DNA of 63,900 nucleotides, the filler included, from Octopus bimaculoides (taxonomy: Eukaryota), in assembly GCF_001194135.2 (NCBI RefSeq). It is 8 parts of 6 records of this genome, joined end to end, with 100 filler letters (N's around TTAATTAATTAA, not from the genome) between each part and the next. Parts side by side here need not be neighbours in the genome. Positions count along the whole stretch, not along the records: positions 32,728 to 37,772 come from NC_068986.1; positions 37,873 to 42,155 come from NC_068983.1; positions 42,256 to 45,768 come from NC_068984.1; positions 45,869 to 59,662 come from NC_068984.1; 4 more parts are not named here. One strand, 5' to 3'. Below the pieces are notes generated by a model. That model had not been told where the DNA came from. It made no database searches and worked only from the letters and a program-made list of their open reading frames with translations. Below, in pieces: positions 37,675 to 49,088 of the stretch. Within the stretch, counting starts at the first letter, position 1, and every line of letters starts with the position of its first letter. The translations under genes and the position numbers were made by a program.

Positions 37675-37736
37675 CCAGGGACTCGTGCTTCGTACTTTGT
37701 TGTACACGTTTCATGACGTCCTGTGCCCACATATGC

Positions 37737-37772
<36 letters not shown>

Positions 37773-37872
37773 NNNNNNNNNNNNNNNNNNNNNNNNNNNN
37801 NNNNNNNNNNNNNNNNTTAATTAATTAANNNNNNNNNNNNNNNNNNNNNNNNNNNNNNNNNNNNNNNNNNNN

Positions 37873-37964
37873 AGGAAAGCTGCTCTTGATGAAGCAAAAG
37901 GTCTTTCATGGTATGGCCGGTATTTAGCAGAAGACTACTACTTAGGAAGAGCTATACGAGATCG
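37873..37964 (+). CDS. UGCG: Ceramide glucosyltransferase exon (5' part lost at the linker)
   Basis: RKAALDEAKGLSWYGRYLAEDYYLGRAIRD-R|GTAAAT aligns to recalled human [31 protein letters not shown]; phase-2 donor. Confidence 0.9.
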
Positions 37965-38439
37965 GTAAATTAACTCATTATTTTCTTGGCTGTTGTTAAA
38001 ATGTTCACTTCTCAACTACATGGTTTCCGATTCAGTCCCTCTCTGTTACACAAAGAGGAAAACTGAAGAACTCCTTTGTCTGTGTGTATGTGTGTAGCTC
38101 CAGTGAAGTTATGCAGTGATACTCAAGCATACAACTAGGTGTGCATTGCATCTTATAGCAGGAACAACTGTGAGCTAATGAAGTTCATAGCATAATTTTT
38201 TATTCCTCGTCATTTTAATTTCTTATTACTATTTTGTACTTGACTCATTCTTCATTTTGAGTTCTAACACCAGCTTATTAGTATTGCTATGCCTTAGCAT
38301 CATTTAACATCTGTTTCCCATGCTGACCTGATTGGGACAGTTTGACAGGAGCTGGCACACTAGAGAACTGCATCAGGCTCCAGTTATCTGTTTGGCACTG
38401 ACAAAGGTGATTTTTACATGGTCCATGCATGTATGCATC

Positions 38440-38482
<43 letters not shown>

Positions 38483-38756
38483 GTAAATTATGAGTTAGAG
38501 GTTATGCAACTGTCTAAGGGACAAATGTATCTGTAGACACTACTGGTGTATTACCTCACTATGTTTAGGCCTTGCTTTAAGGGGTTAACAGTAGTTGGTA
38601 ATTTAAATGGTAAAACATGATTTAATATATTCAGATAAGAAAAGAAATGGAGCAACAATTAACAATTAGAAGTCGATCATTAGTATTAAACTATGACCAT
38701 TTAATACCAATGATCAACTTCTAATTGTTAATTGTTGATCCATTTCTTTCCTTATA

Positions 38757-38824
<68 letters not shown>

Positions 38825-38834
38825 NNNNNNNNNN

Positions 38835-38879
<45 letters not shown>

Positions 38880-38989
38880 TGTATATACAAAGAAAGAAAA
38901 AGAAAGATAATAGGTTGACAGGTAAAATTGAAAACTAATTTGTAATAAAATTATATCAGCTAATTGAGATCTTTTATTTCTAATTACAG

Positions 38990-39076
38990 TGGATACAGTT
39001 TGGTGATATCAGCATTCCCTGCTCAGCAAAATGTTGGTCTCCTGTCAATGGCAAATTACAAGGACAGAATGGTCAG
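38990..39076 (+). CDS. UGCG: Ceramide glucosyltransferase exon (87 nt) leading into the (Q/R)xxRW motif
   Basis: cttttatttctaattacAG|...|GTAAAG; GYSLVISAFPAQQNVGLLSMANYKDRMVR aligns to recalled human [29 protein letters not shown]; phase-compatible with the preceding exon. Confidence 0.88.
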
Positions 39077-39392
39077 GTAAAGTAATCTACAATCACCATC
39101 TACCTTTCTGTTAAAGATCAGAGAACTTGAAATAACAGTGGCAACAATTTTTATTAACCCTTTGCTTCTAAAGCATTTTCATAAGTTTATCCTAATTATC
39201 TGTGCTGGTTTTAGACTTTTAGTTCACCTGCTTCATATATTTTGGGGAATATAGAGCTTTTCTTTCATAACTCCTGCCTTACTCTGGTGGCAGAAAAAAA
39301 AATGGTAATGTGTATTATATATAATGAGGCACTGATGCCAAGGAAACATGTTCTGTGGGTGGATTTGGTTGAAAGAAACTGAAAGAATTCAT

Positions 39393-39429
<37 letters not shown>

Positions 39430-39433
<4 letters not shown>

Positions 39434-40115
39434 TAAGTATCTTGAGAGAAAAGCTGAACATAAGAAGCATCAGTAGTGGTGTGCAAGAGAGACGATTGCG
39501 CTGGTTTGGACATGTGGTGAGAATGAATGAGGATAGCTGCGTGAAAAAGTGCCACTCCCTAACAGTTGAGGGANNNNNNNNNNNNNNNNNNNNNNNNNNN
39601 NNNNNNNNNNNNNNNNNNNNNNNNNNNNNNNNNNNNNNNNNNNNNNNNNNNNNNNNNNNNNNNNNNNNNNNNNNNNNNNNNNNNNNNNNNNNNNNNNNNN
39701 NNNNNNNNNNNNNNNNNNNNNNNNNNNNNNNNNNNNNNNNNNNNNNNNNNNNNNNNNNNNNNNNNNNNNNNNNGATGTACCATCCTGAGCGTGACCGTTG
39801 CCAGTACCGCCTGACTGGCCTTGTAGGGTTTTTGAGCGAGATCTTTGCCAGTGCCCCTGGACTGGCTCTTGTGCGGGTGGCACATAAAAGACACCATTTC
39901 GAGCGTGGCCGTTTTCGTGCGGGTGACACGTAAAAGCACCCACTACACTCTCTGAGTGGTTGGCGTTAGGAAGGGCATCCAGCTGTAGAAACTCTGCCAA
40001 ATTAGATTGGAGCCTGGTGTAGCCATCCGGTTGCACCAGTCCTCAGTCAAATCGTCCAACCCATGCTAGCATGGAAAGCGGACGTTAAACGATGATGATG
40101 ATGATGATGATGATA
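39430..40115 (+). mobile_element. RTE-clade LINE 3' part with (GAT)n tail (gap inside), in a UGCG intron
   Basis: RRLRWFGHVVRMNEDSCVKKC; 3' UTR near-identical to 31489-31720. Confidence 0.88.
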
Positions 40116-41775
40116 TATAAATGTGTGTGTGTGTCTACATCTTGATATCACATTGATAGTTGTAAGTGAGCATCACCGTCATACAAGTGGTGTCATTTAT
40201 TTCCAATCTTCTGTGGAAACATGTCTGCCTATAGAGAAAATATCTTGCTTTGGAAAAATGAGGGTTGACAACAGGAAGGGCATCTGGCTGCAGAAAAGCT
40301 TCTCTGGGAAAGTGGATATTTATTCCTTTTATTATGGTATTTCTGTTGAAGTTCAACTACCTTTGTTTCTATTAATTTTGGAAATAATGAAGAATTTAGT
40401 TAAATAACTTTGTCATTATTTAATTAGTTTGGAATTGAAATTAACAAGAAATTTTGATAGAAGGTTTTAATTTAGATTACTTTCAAACAGTGTGTTTATA
40501 TCCTAGAATCAGAATAGTTGAGTATAAAATGTTGTGATAGGGTGATAGTGGCAGCAATTATTGTTGTTGTTCATTATGTCCAGAAATTGATTTTGTGTCT
40601 AGTCAAAAGAAATTAATTAACAATGCCAAAATAACAATCGGTTGAATGATTTGGGCATTGTTTGAACTTGTAATCAATCAGATTACAGACCCAACTCCTT
40701 GTAATACATTTTCATCCATTTTTTTCTGAGTAAATTAAGAAATCTAATCAAAGACAATAATCTTATCTACTATCAGTACAAAACCTGAAATTTTGGGTGA
40801 GAGGGTTTGTCGATTACATTGACCACAGTGCTTGACCAGTACTTATTTTCATCAGCCCCAAAAAGGATGAAAGGCAAAATTGACCTCAGTGGCATTTGAA
40901 CTTAGAGCATAAGAATGGACAGCTTGTAGAGTCCTTTAAGGATGTGCTCTGCCTGAATCTAACTGTGACATTCAGTACAATCATTCTGTTTTGTCTATGC
41001 GTGACCAGATCAGGTATTAGGTGTTTTTGTCTGGTAAATGGTAAGATGGTTCTCATGCAATGTGCCAGCCATACCTTTAGGATTACCAGTATAGTAATTA
41101 CTAGCAGAAAGCCACCCAGAAGATGGAATTTCTGCTAGTAACAAGAGTAATGATTTTTCTACTATAGAAGGGGTCTCCAAAGTAGTTGATATCGACCCCT
41201 GGGGGTCGATGGGACTATTCAAAGGGTCGATAAATGCACATCCACTTAATTATTATTTGTTTACTTTCTTGTACATGCCTAGGGGTCGATGAGAGGTCAA
41301 TGATCTAAAAAGTTTGGGTCTGAAAGTTTGGGTCAGTTATCTAAAAAGTTTGGGCCTGAAATTTTGGGGCATCGACCCTAGTGTTCAACTAGTACTTATT
41401 TCATCGATCCTGAAAGGATGAAAGGCAAAGTCGAATCTGCTGAATGCTGTGAAACATTTTGCTCAACATTCTAACGACTCTGTCAGCTCACCGCCTTGGT
41501 CACTACTTTAGTAAAAACCACTCGTTTCTAGTAATAACTGCTCAGCAGAGTGTTCAACACATATGCTAACTTACGGAGTGACAAGCAAAATTATAATATG
41601 GTGATTAAAGGCATTGAGTTGAAAGAGTCGGTAGAACACCAGGCAAAATGTGAGAGGATCGGTAGAACACTGGGCATATTATGAGTTCTAATTCTATTGG
41701 AGCCAGCGTTGTTTTCACCCTTTCAGGGTGGAGTCATTACTATGACAATCGATGTAGGTTTGTTTACGTTTCCAT

Positions 41776-41924
41776 CAGGGCCGGCTCAAGGTACTGGCAA
41801 CTCGGGCAGTCGCCTGGGGCGCCAAGTAGGGCATGACAAAGACAAGGAAATTTCCACGACCGCCAGCTTGTACACGCCGAAGTTCAGCTTGCCCGGGACG
41901 CCAGTAACTCTTGGGCCGGCCCTG
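41776..41924. mobile_element. GC-rich hAT-type MITE inserted into a SINE
   Basis: TIRs CAGGGCCGGCTCAAG / CTTGGGCCGGCCCTG; 8-bp TSD GTTTCCAT / GTTCCCAT. Confidence 0.85.
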
Positions 41925-43801
41925 GTTCCCATAACTTGACCGTAGGGTGGAGGTCGATATGTTCGACTAAACAGATCAAAGCGGTGGTTCAACAAGACTG
42001 AAATAAGTGAAAGAAAGATGACATTTTAACGCAAAGTTTTAATTTTGATCTTTTCAAAACAAAAAGTTTGTATTGTAGAAGCCAGAGTAGTCTCAGTTCA
42101 GTTTGATAGCAAAAGGATTTTCGCCAGCGAAGTAGAATGTGTGGAGGAGGTAGTTNNNNNNNNNNNNNNNNNNNNNNNNNNNNNNNNNNNNNNNNNNNNT
42201 TAATTAATTAANNNNNNNNNNNNNNNNNNNNNNNNNNNNNNNNNNNNNNNNNNNNTATATATATATATATACGACGAGCTTCTTTCACTTTCCGTCCACC
42301 AAATCCATTTACAAGGCTTTGGTCGGTCCAAGGCTAGAGAAGAAGACACTTGCCCAAGGTGCCACGGAACAACGTGGTTGGGAAGCAAGTTTCTTACCAC
42401 ACAGCCACGTTTTAATTATTTCCAGGATATGAATACCTCTTAAATACCTGTCAACATACAAGTTCCCCGGTTTTATCCAGTGTATCAGTGAAATACTAAA
42501 AGTTATTAGCTTCACATTGATAGATATGGTAGTATTACCATTTACGTATAAGAAAAAGAAGAAAATGAAGAAATTGACTTATAGACATCAATTTATTGAA
42601 ACAAATCCAATTTCGAACAATATCAAACTCATAGAACCTACAATTGTTTCCATGTCCAATTACTTCAAATTATGAAAATTAAATTAAAGATTGATAATGA
42701 ATATAGTTAATTGGACATTTCGCCAGGGTCAGAACTTGATAGAAAAAAATGTGTTGATATATCATCGGTAGACTCGGGCACTTATGCATTCTAACGTATT
42801 TTTTTAAAAAACCGTTACAACCTAGTTCATTAAGATAATGCTTTTGTGGCTATAGAGTTGTTTTGATTCGCATTTCTTGCAATACTGGTGTTGATTAGCG
42901 CCCTTTGTTCACTTTAGTAACGTATATATTTCTGCCTTAAGGTTTTCATTCGAAAAATAACAAATAAAAGCATGTTTGGTCATTTATATAACGCCACAAC
43001 GATTTGTAATTACCGAGAAGTGATTAAGCTAATTAAATAACAATGATTTTTCGTGAGACCTACCGATATAACTCTGTGTGCTGTCTTCAACAGCCATTCT
43101 CATTTGAAGATGGAGAAAAATGGCATTAACTCCCGTAGAATCTGATAGCTTTTTTTCTTTTTTTGTTAGATTTGCCTGCATTTTTGTATAACGCTAGCAA
43201 AAAGTTCTATAAACCATTTGACAAGAAAATTTCAGTTCTCCAATTGATCTGATTGTCTGAGCCACGATTACATGAATTTAATGCCTTTTATAAGAACCGT
43301 GGTCTGAAGTTGGGAAATTTGGTCATCTCATTGCAACATTTTATAAGTTTAGTGTTTGTAAATGCAGTTTTTTAAGATTTGAAATAATAATAATAATTAG
43401 TCAATAACAAATTTCGATATTCATGTCTAAATTTTAAGGATAAATGTTTATGGTAGCATAGCATTGAATTTTAAGGATAAATGTTTATGGTAGCATAGTT
43501 GAATATATAACATTACTGGATTCTCTTTAGTTATTCAAATAAAACTATCATTTATTATAATCCCAGGTTATTAGCGTAAACCGTTAATTGGTCAGGTAGT
43601 AAACTATTGATGGGAAATGAAGTGACTTGCTGTTAGCTTCCTCTTTTAGTTCATACATTCAATGACGCTATCGTTCACTTATACACGGATACATATATCT
43701 ATACACACACACATACACACACACACACGTACATGCATACACATATACATATATACACACACGTATATGCAAACATACACACACGCACACATGCACATAC
43801 G

Positions 43802-43846
<45 letters not shown>

Positions 43847-44266
43847 CTGTATTAGAAAATTATTTCATAAGAGTTATAGTGATATGTAAATAATACGATA
43901 TTTGATAGTCCAATAATTTTCGGTTACATTTGAGTCACTATTTAATCTTAATCTCATGCACAAAATGCTTCTAGATATGATATTCTGCAAGCATAATAAC
44001 GCCATCTATTTTATGGCTATTTAATCACAATGTAAAATGGAAAGATAACTACCAATCGCTTTTGTAAGACTAACTAGAGAAAGGTGGCTGTGATACTTTT
44101 CGAAGAAGCTAATTTTAAAGAAATGAAAAGTTAATAATAAAGAGTAATTTTTGAAGCAATAGGAATTACAGAAATTGCGGTTGTACGAGAATATGTATAA
44201 TTTTCTTTTTTCTACAATCATGCTTATAATATCCTCATTGCCATTTTTTAAATAATTTTTTTCTAG

Positions 44267-44388
44267 GATTTTCACAGGCTTCTGTAACAATAAATGAAGG
44301 AAAGCGGTGGAGCACATCTAATGCCTTTCTTAGACCAACAATGGAGCGAAAAAATTTACATGTTCTGGTCAGAGCTCTGGTAACAAAA
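44267..44388 (+). CDS. GMC-oxidoreductase (glucose/choline dehydrogenase-like) internal exon
   Basis: tttttttctAG|...|GTAAGC; (G)FSQASVTINEGKRWSTSNAFLRPTMERKNLHVLVRALVTK matches the GMC R.ST..A.LRP...R.NLHV....VTK segment (phase 1 to 0). Confidence 0.9.
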
Positions 44389-44673
44389 GTAAGCTTTTAT
44401 CTTGCATTTTCTTCTTTTTCTTCTCTTTCTCTCTCATTCTCTCTCTCACACACACATACATACACACACAAATGCACACACACAAATGCACACACACAAA
44501 TGCACACACACACACACGTACACTAATATCAAATGCATATATTTCTGTCATATCTGAGGTTTACGATATATATATATATATAGTTCAAAAACACAATAAC
44601 AAAAAAACAACAAAGTGAGGACGTGATATGGATAGTATTATTGGACGCTCAGGAAAGGAAAGAGAGAGTGTAT

Positions 44674-44703
44674 GACGTTTCGGGCGTAGCCCTTCGTCGG
44701 AAA
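44674..44703 (-). ncRNA. Minimal hammerhead motif (U4C, eroded stem I) in a PLE pseudo-LTR-like repeat
   Basis: CCGACGA-A-GGGC-TAC-GCCC-GAA-ACGT-C. Confidence 0.6.
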
Positions 44704-46220
44704 GATGGAAAGTTCGGAGAATGGAAGAACGGAGAAAGAGGAAAATGGTACCGATGCCCACGAGGTTACATACATATATACATACGTATGTATGTATGTG
44801 TGTATGTATGTATGTATGTATGTATGTATGTATGTATGTATGTATGAATGTATGTATGTATAATATAATAAATGTGAAGACTAATTTCTGTATCAATGTG
44901 TCACACTTTTACATTTTTATCCCCTCTCTCACTATTCAATGACACTTCCTTGTGCTGCGGTGAGAATAATAGTAGGCATAGAGACGGTGAAGGCCGTGGC
45001 GACGGCAGACAGAGAGAGAGAAAGAAAGAAAGAGAGACAAAGAAAGTTAGGGATAGTTGATGATGTTTTATTAAAAGTAGTTGATAGTGGCAATGGGAGT
45101 AATAATAAGAAAGAGATAGGGCGGGTATGTGAGAGAAAGAGAGAAATGATGTACAGCTTTCCTGGAGAGAAATTCCAGTGGACAGCACACTGAACCAACT
45201 ACTGAACACTATCATTTTTGTTTTATTTTTTGCTTTCTTTAATACATATGTGTGTGCGCGTGTGTGTGTATGGGAGTGGTGTTTGTGTACATATATACAT
45301 ATCTATATACATACACACACACATATAAAATACACTTTAATTGAAAAACAGTTTACCCAGAATTAAACATATTTAATAGAATAAATCTGAATGTCAGTGT
45401 GTCAGTGTATCAAACGTTTTCAACTTTATTCCTAGAGGCCGTAGCTCAACATATACCATTTGGAATCAGGCTGATTTCGTGAGTAAATTAAAAACATTTC
45501 GCGCCGAATCCGGACCTGCAATCCTGAAATTTTGGATTTCTATGTTTTCATTACTGCGATTGTTTCCGGCGATTTTTTTTACATGATTTTTAGCGACGAA
45601 TATGATCATTATTGGGATATGACTCTGATGGAAGCAATTGCAACAAATTCTCCAAAACAATTCCGAGATCTGTTTGTAGATCTCCCCATTTGGAGTTAAT
45701 TGCTTAAAAGCTACATACTAGCTTAAAAACCGCCCTGTCGGGCGGCTTTTAAGTTAGTGTGTAGCTTTNNNNNNNNNNNNNNNNNNNNNNNNNNNNNNNN
45801 NNNNNNNNNNNNTTAATTAATTAANNNNNNNNNNNNNNNNNNNNNNNNNNNNNNNNNNNNNNNNNNNNATTGGGTTTTAAGGATGTTTATTTTATTCAAT
45901 ATTGAAACCAGATGCGTTTGTTACAATAATACTACTTGTTCGGATGCTAATTAAAATGGACACCAATAGATTTTCTTCTATCGATCTTGTGTGGTGTCTC
46001 AGATTATTATCTCTAAGTTCGATGGATCGTTCGTTTTGTAACATTATTGATTTATGTAACAACTATTAAGCATTCGTGAACTCAACCATTATTTTTCTCT
46101 TGATGTATATTGTAACACACACGCACACACATACACATACACTGACACACACACAAATATATATATATATATGTATGCATGTATGTATATAAATAAATGT
46201 ATATGTATATGTGTGTGTGT

Positions 46221-46985
46221 GTACATAATAACTATAATAATATATCATAGTAATATATTCTCCGATTTAAAGCGACATTTATATATAAACAAATTAACTG
46301 AAAAAATTATGAACTAAGCCTAGCTAGATTCGAACCTATATATCAACGCTTACATAGCAACATGCGCATTCAGTTGGGCCAAACGCTCTCAGGCTGAGCT
46401 TAGCTCATCATTTTTCAGTTCATTTGTTTATATATAAATGTCGCTTTAAATCGGAGAATATATATATTATTATAGTTATTGTTGTACTAATAGACTTCCA
46501 TAGTCGCTTTCTCTTCGTAACTTACAAAGCCTTCTGATTTGCTTATAAATACCATATGTAGTATTAGACACTTTAAGTATATATATATATATACGTACAA
46601 TTTGGTTGAAATTGATGGGTGAGCGTTTGGCCCACTCGGTTGCGCATGCAGCCATGTAAGCGTTGATATGTGATTTTGGCTAAGCGTAGTTCATCGTTTT
46701 CCAATCAATTTGTTTATATATAAATGTCGCTTTATATCGGAGAATATATATATTATTAGTAATAAACTTCCATAGTCGCTTTCTCTCCGTAACTTACAAA
46801 GCTTTCTGGTTTGTTTATAAATATATGTAGTATTAGACAGTTTAAGTATATATATATACGTAAAAATTGGCTTAAATTGATGGGTGAGCGTTTGGCCCAC
46901 TCGGCTGCTCATGCAGCCATGTAAGTGTTGATATGGGGTTCGATTCTGGCTACGCTTAGTTCATTGTCTTCCAGTCAATTTGTTT
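46221..46985. repeat. Inverted plus tandem ~268-bp repeat carrying Pol III A/B-box-like motifs
   Basis: Units recur at 46497/46768 and 46614/46879; inverted copy at 46221-46388; TGGCCCACTCGG and GGTTCGA(A/T)TC motifs. Confidence 0.8.
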
Positions 46986-47442
46986 GCCAAAATTTGAACT
47001 CAATATTAAACATGACCAAAAGGTGGTGATCTGGCAGAATCGTAAGCACGCCTGGCAAAATGATCTTTTCGTTTGGAGTTCAAATATCGGGGGTATCGAC
47101 TTTGCCTCTCATCCTTTTGGGAATGTTCCTTTACATACTACAGAAAAGCACACGAGATGCTACATAAAGCTACAAACCGTATGAGCGAAGTACACACTTT
47201 GCCCATTTTGACATCTATCAGTCTTACAGACTATGGTGGAAGGGATCGTCTGTTGAGCTGCTAAAAATGTAGTTTTACAAAAGTGAAGTTAAATATATAC
47301 CTTGCAGTATATATTTAACCAAGAATTGGACTTCCACGTAGTCTCCCGACCTGCCATAATATTCAACCAAATCGCCCTCAAATTAGACACTGCCCTCTTG
47401 AAAAAAGAGGATAAAGCATTATATAGTGCATTCCGAGATATA

Positions 47443-48236
47443 CAGAGTGTTCGGGCTAAATTTGATTATTTTTATGTCTCAGTTTGATGTATTGGTGAAC
47501 AGTCAACGGCGTTGGAGAGCATAAAGATTAAAGTTAAAGTTGGGAAAAAGTTAGCCGACATGGACGACTGGAAGTATCTAGATATTGAGAACCAGTTACT
47601 TGTAGCATGATGTTTTGCGCCGATAAAATACCGACATCGTGATTGCTGCTCAATGATCAGTGAACACTATAAATGCTCTAAGACGTGACATGAACATCAT
47701 GAAACCCAAGATCCCCAAATTGTGATGGTCTTTGAACAGAGCCTAAGGCTCAATTCAGGCGGCTGTAAGTAGCTGCTGTGGTCAAACCATGGCTGCAAAC
47801 GGTTGCTGCTGGACGGCCATATGTGTGGAAGCAGGATTCGGTTCCTTGTCCTACCTCTGGAAAAAGTCAACGGTCGTTGTCGGAGAATTTCTACGACTTC
47901 ACCAACCCTAATTTTGGGTCTCCTAATCCCCCTGATTGTAATCCCGTGGATTACTTTGTGTGGGGCTCGGTTGAAAAAGATACTTACCGCTCTGCCTGCA
48001 ACACAAAGGGAGGGCTGGTGGCCAAGACCAAGGAGGTGTTCGAAGATCTTCCCTGGGACACAGTAAGGGATCTGTCTTGAAGCCATGGTGGAAGCTGAGG
48101 GAGGTTGCTTTAAATAAGCTGTCTCCCCCAGTCATAATCTAGCTCATACTTTTTAGATTTTTTAAAACACATATTTTAATGAAATATGTTTTCATTTTCT
48201 TTCATGCAGACTATCAAATTTATCCCGAACACATAG
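47443..48236 (+). mobile_element. Internally deleted Tc1/mariner (maT/DD37D-like) transposon with TIRs
   Basis: TIRs CAGAGTGTTCGGGCTAAATTTGA / TCAAATTTATCCCGAACACATAG, TA flanks; YVWKQDS and SPNPPDCNPVDYFVWG motifs. Confidence 0.85.
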
Positions 48237-48456
48237 TATTAAGTCTAAAAGGAAATGAGGGATAGTTATTATTGGAACGACTTTGATTTGAGATCTGCTT
48301 GAGTAGGGCTAATCTGAAATTAAACAACAAGGTGTTTTGAGCTAAGTGGACAAGGTTTAAGGTCTGGGTTGTTGACAGATATGGATAAGTCGCAAAAACT
48401 ATGCAATACTATTGACAGAATAGTAATCAATGACTTTTGACTGATCTTTATTTTAG

Positions 48457-48633
48457 TGAGTCAGCCTTTTTCTCTTACATACCTGGGTTTGTGATGGATG
48501 CTTCATATTCGTGCTTGTCTTTCATTTTAAGTGTCGTTACAGCTGTTTATCACCAAATAAGATATTACTTTATATTGATATCACTATTGGCCTTGTTAAT
48601 GGTTGCTATGATAACGAGTAATAACAGCGTTAC
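48457..48633 (+). CDS. Candidate internal exon (177 nt) encoding a hydrophobic segment
   Basis: ctttattttAG|...AC|GTAAGT; open frame ESAFFSYIPGFVMDASYSCLSFILSVVTAVYHQIRYYFILISLLALLMVAMITSNNSVT (phase 2 to 2); no family recognised. Confidence 0.35.
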
Positions 48634-49017
48634 GTAAGTCTTAACCAGGATGTATTGTCGGAAAAACATCTTTATTTTGTTTTACTGAAGGTACTCGTTT
48701 CTTTCCGCTCTGCTAATACTGAAATTTTAAAGCTCGACACGAAAGTTAATAAAGGTATTTATATGTACATACATATATGAGTGCAGTTTGATACGTGTAT
48801 ATAAATGTAGTTTATGCACACACTTGTATAAATGCAGTTTAATTTATAACCCACTACACACGTATATTTAGTGATGACATTTAGCAGTTCAAGTTGAAGA
48901 TATTGACATCTTCGCTCCTTAATCAAAACGAAATTCAATACCATTCTGCTTTATTCTATTCTTCAAAACATAATATCCTAATTTATCTGCTTTCTTTTGA
49001 CTTTAATTTATTCATTT

Positions 49018-49088
49018 ACTTTATTTATTTATTTTCTTAGTTCAGATTTAAACTTTAAATCTGAACTAAGAAAATAAATAAATAAAGT
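49018..49088. repeat. Perfect inverted repeat with 35-bp arms and a 1-nt spacer
   Basis: ACTTTATTTATTTATTTTCTTAGTTCAGATTTAAA-C-TTTAAATCTGAACTAAGAAAATAAATAAATAAAGT. Confidence 0.9.

Noticed and set aside
38990-39076. Alternative reading as WIQFGDISIPC or as a frameshifted GMC exon
   Set aside because: The phase-2 frame aligns to UGCG and splices in frame to the upstream UGCG exon.
45720-45760. Helitron 3' end
   Set aside because: The pairing extends through the supposed CTRR terminus, so this is a longer palindrome instead.
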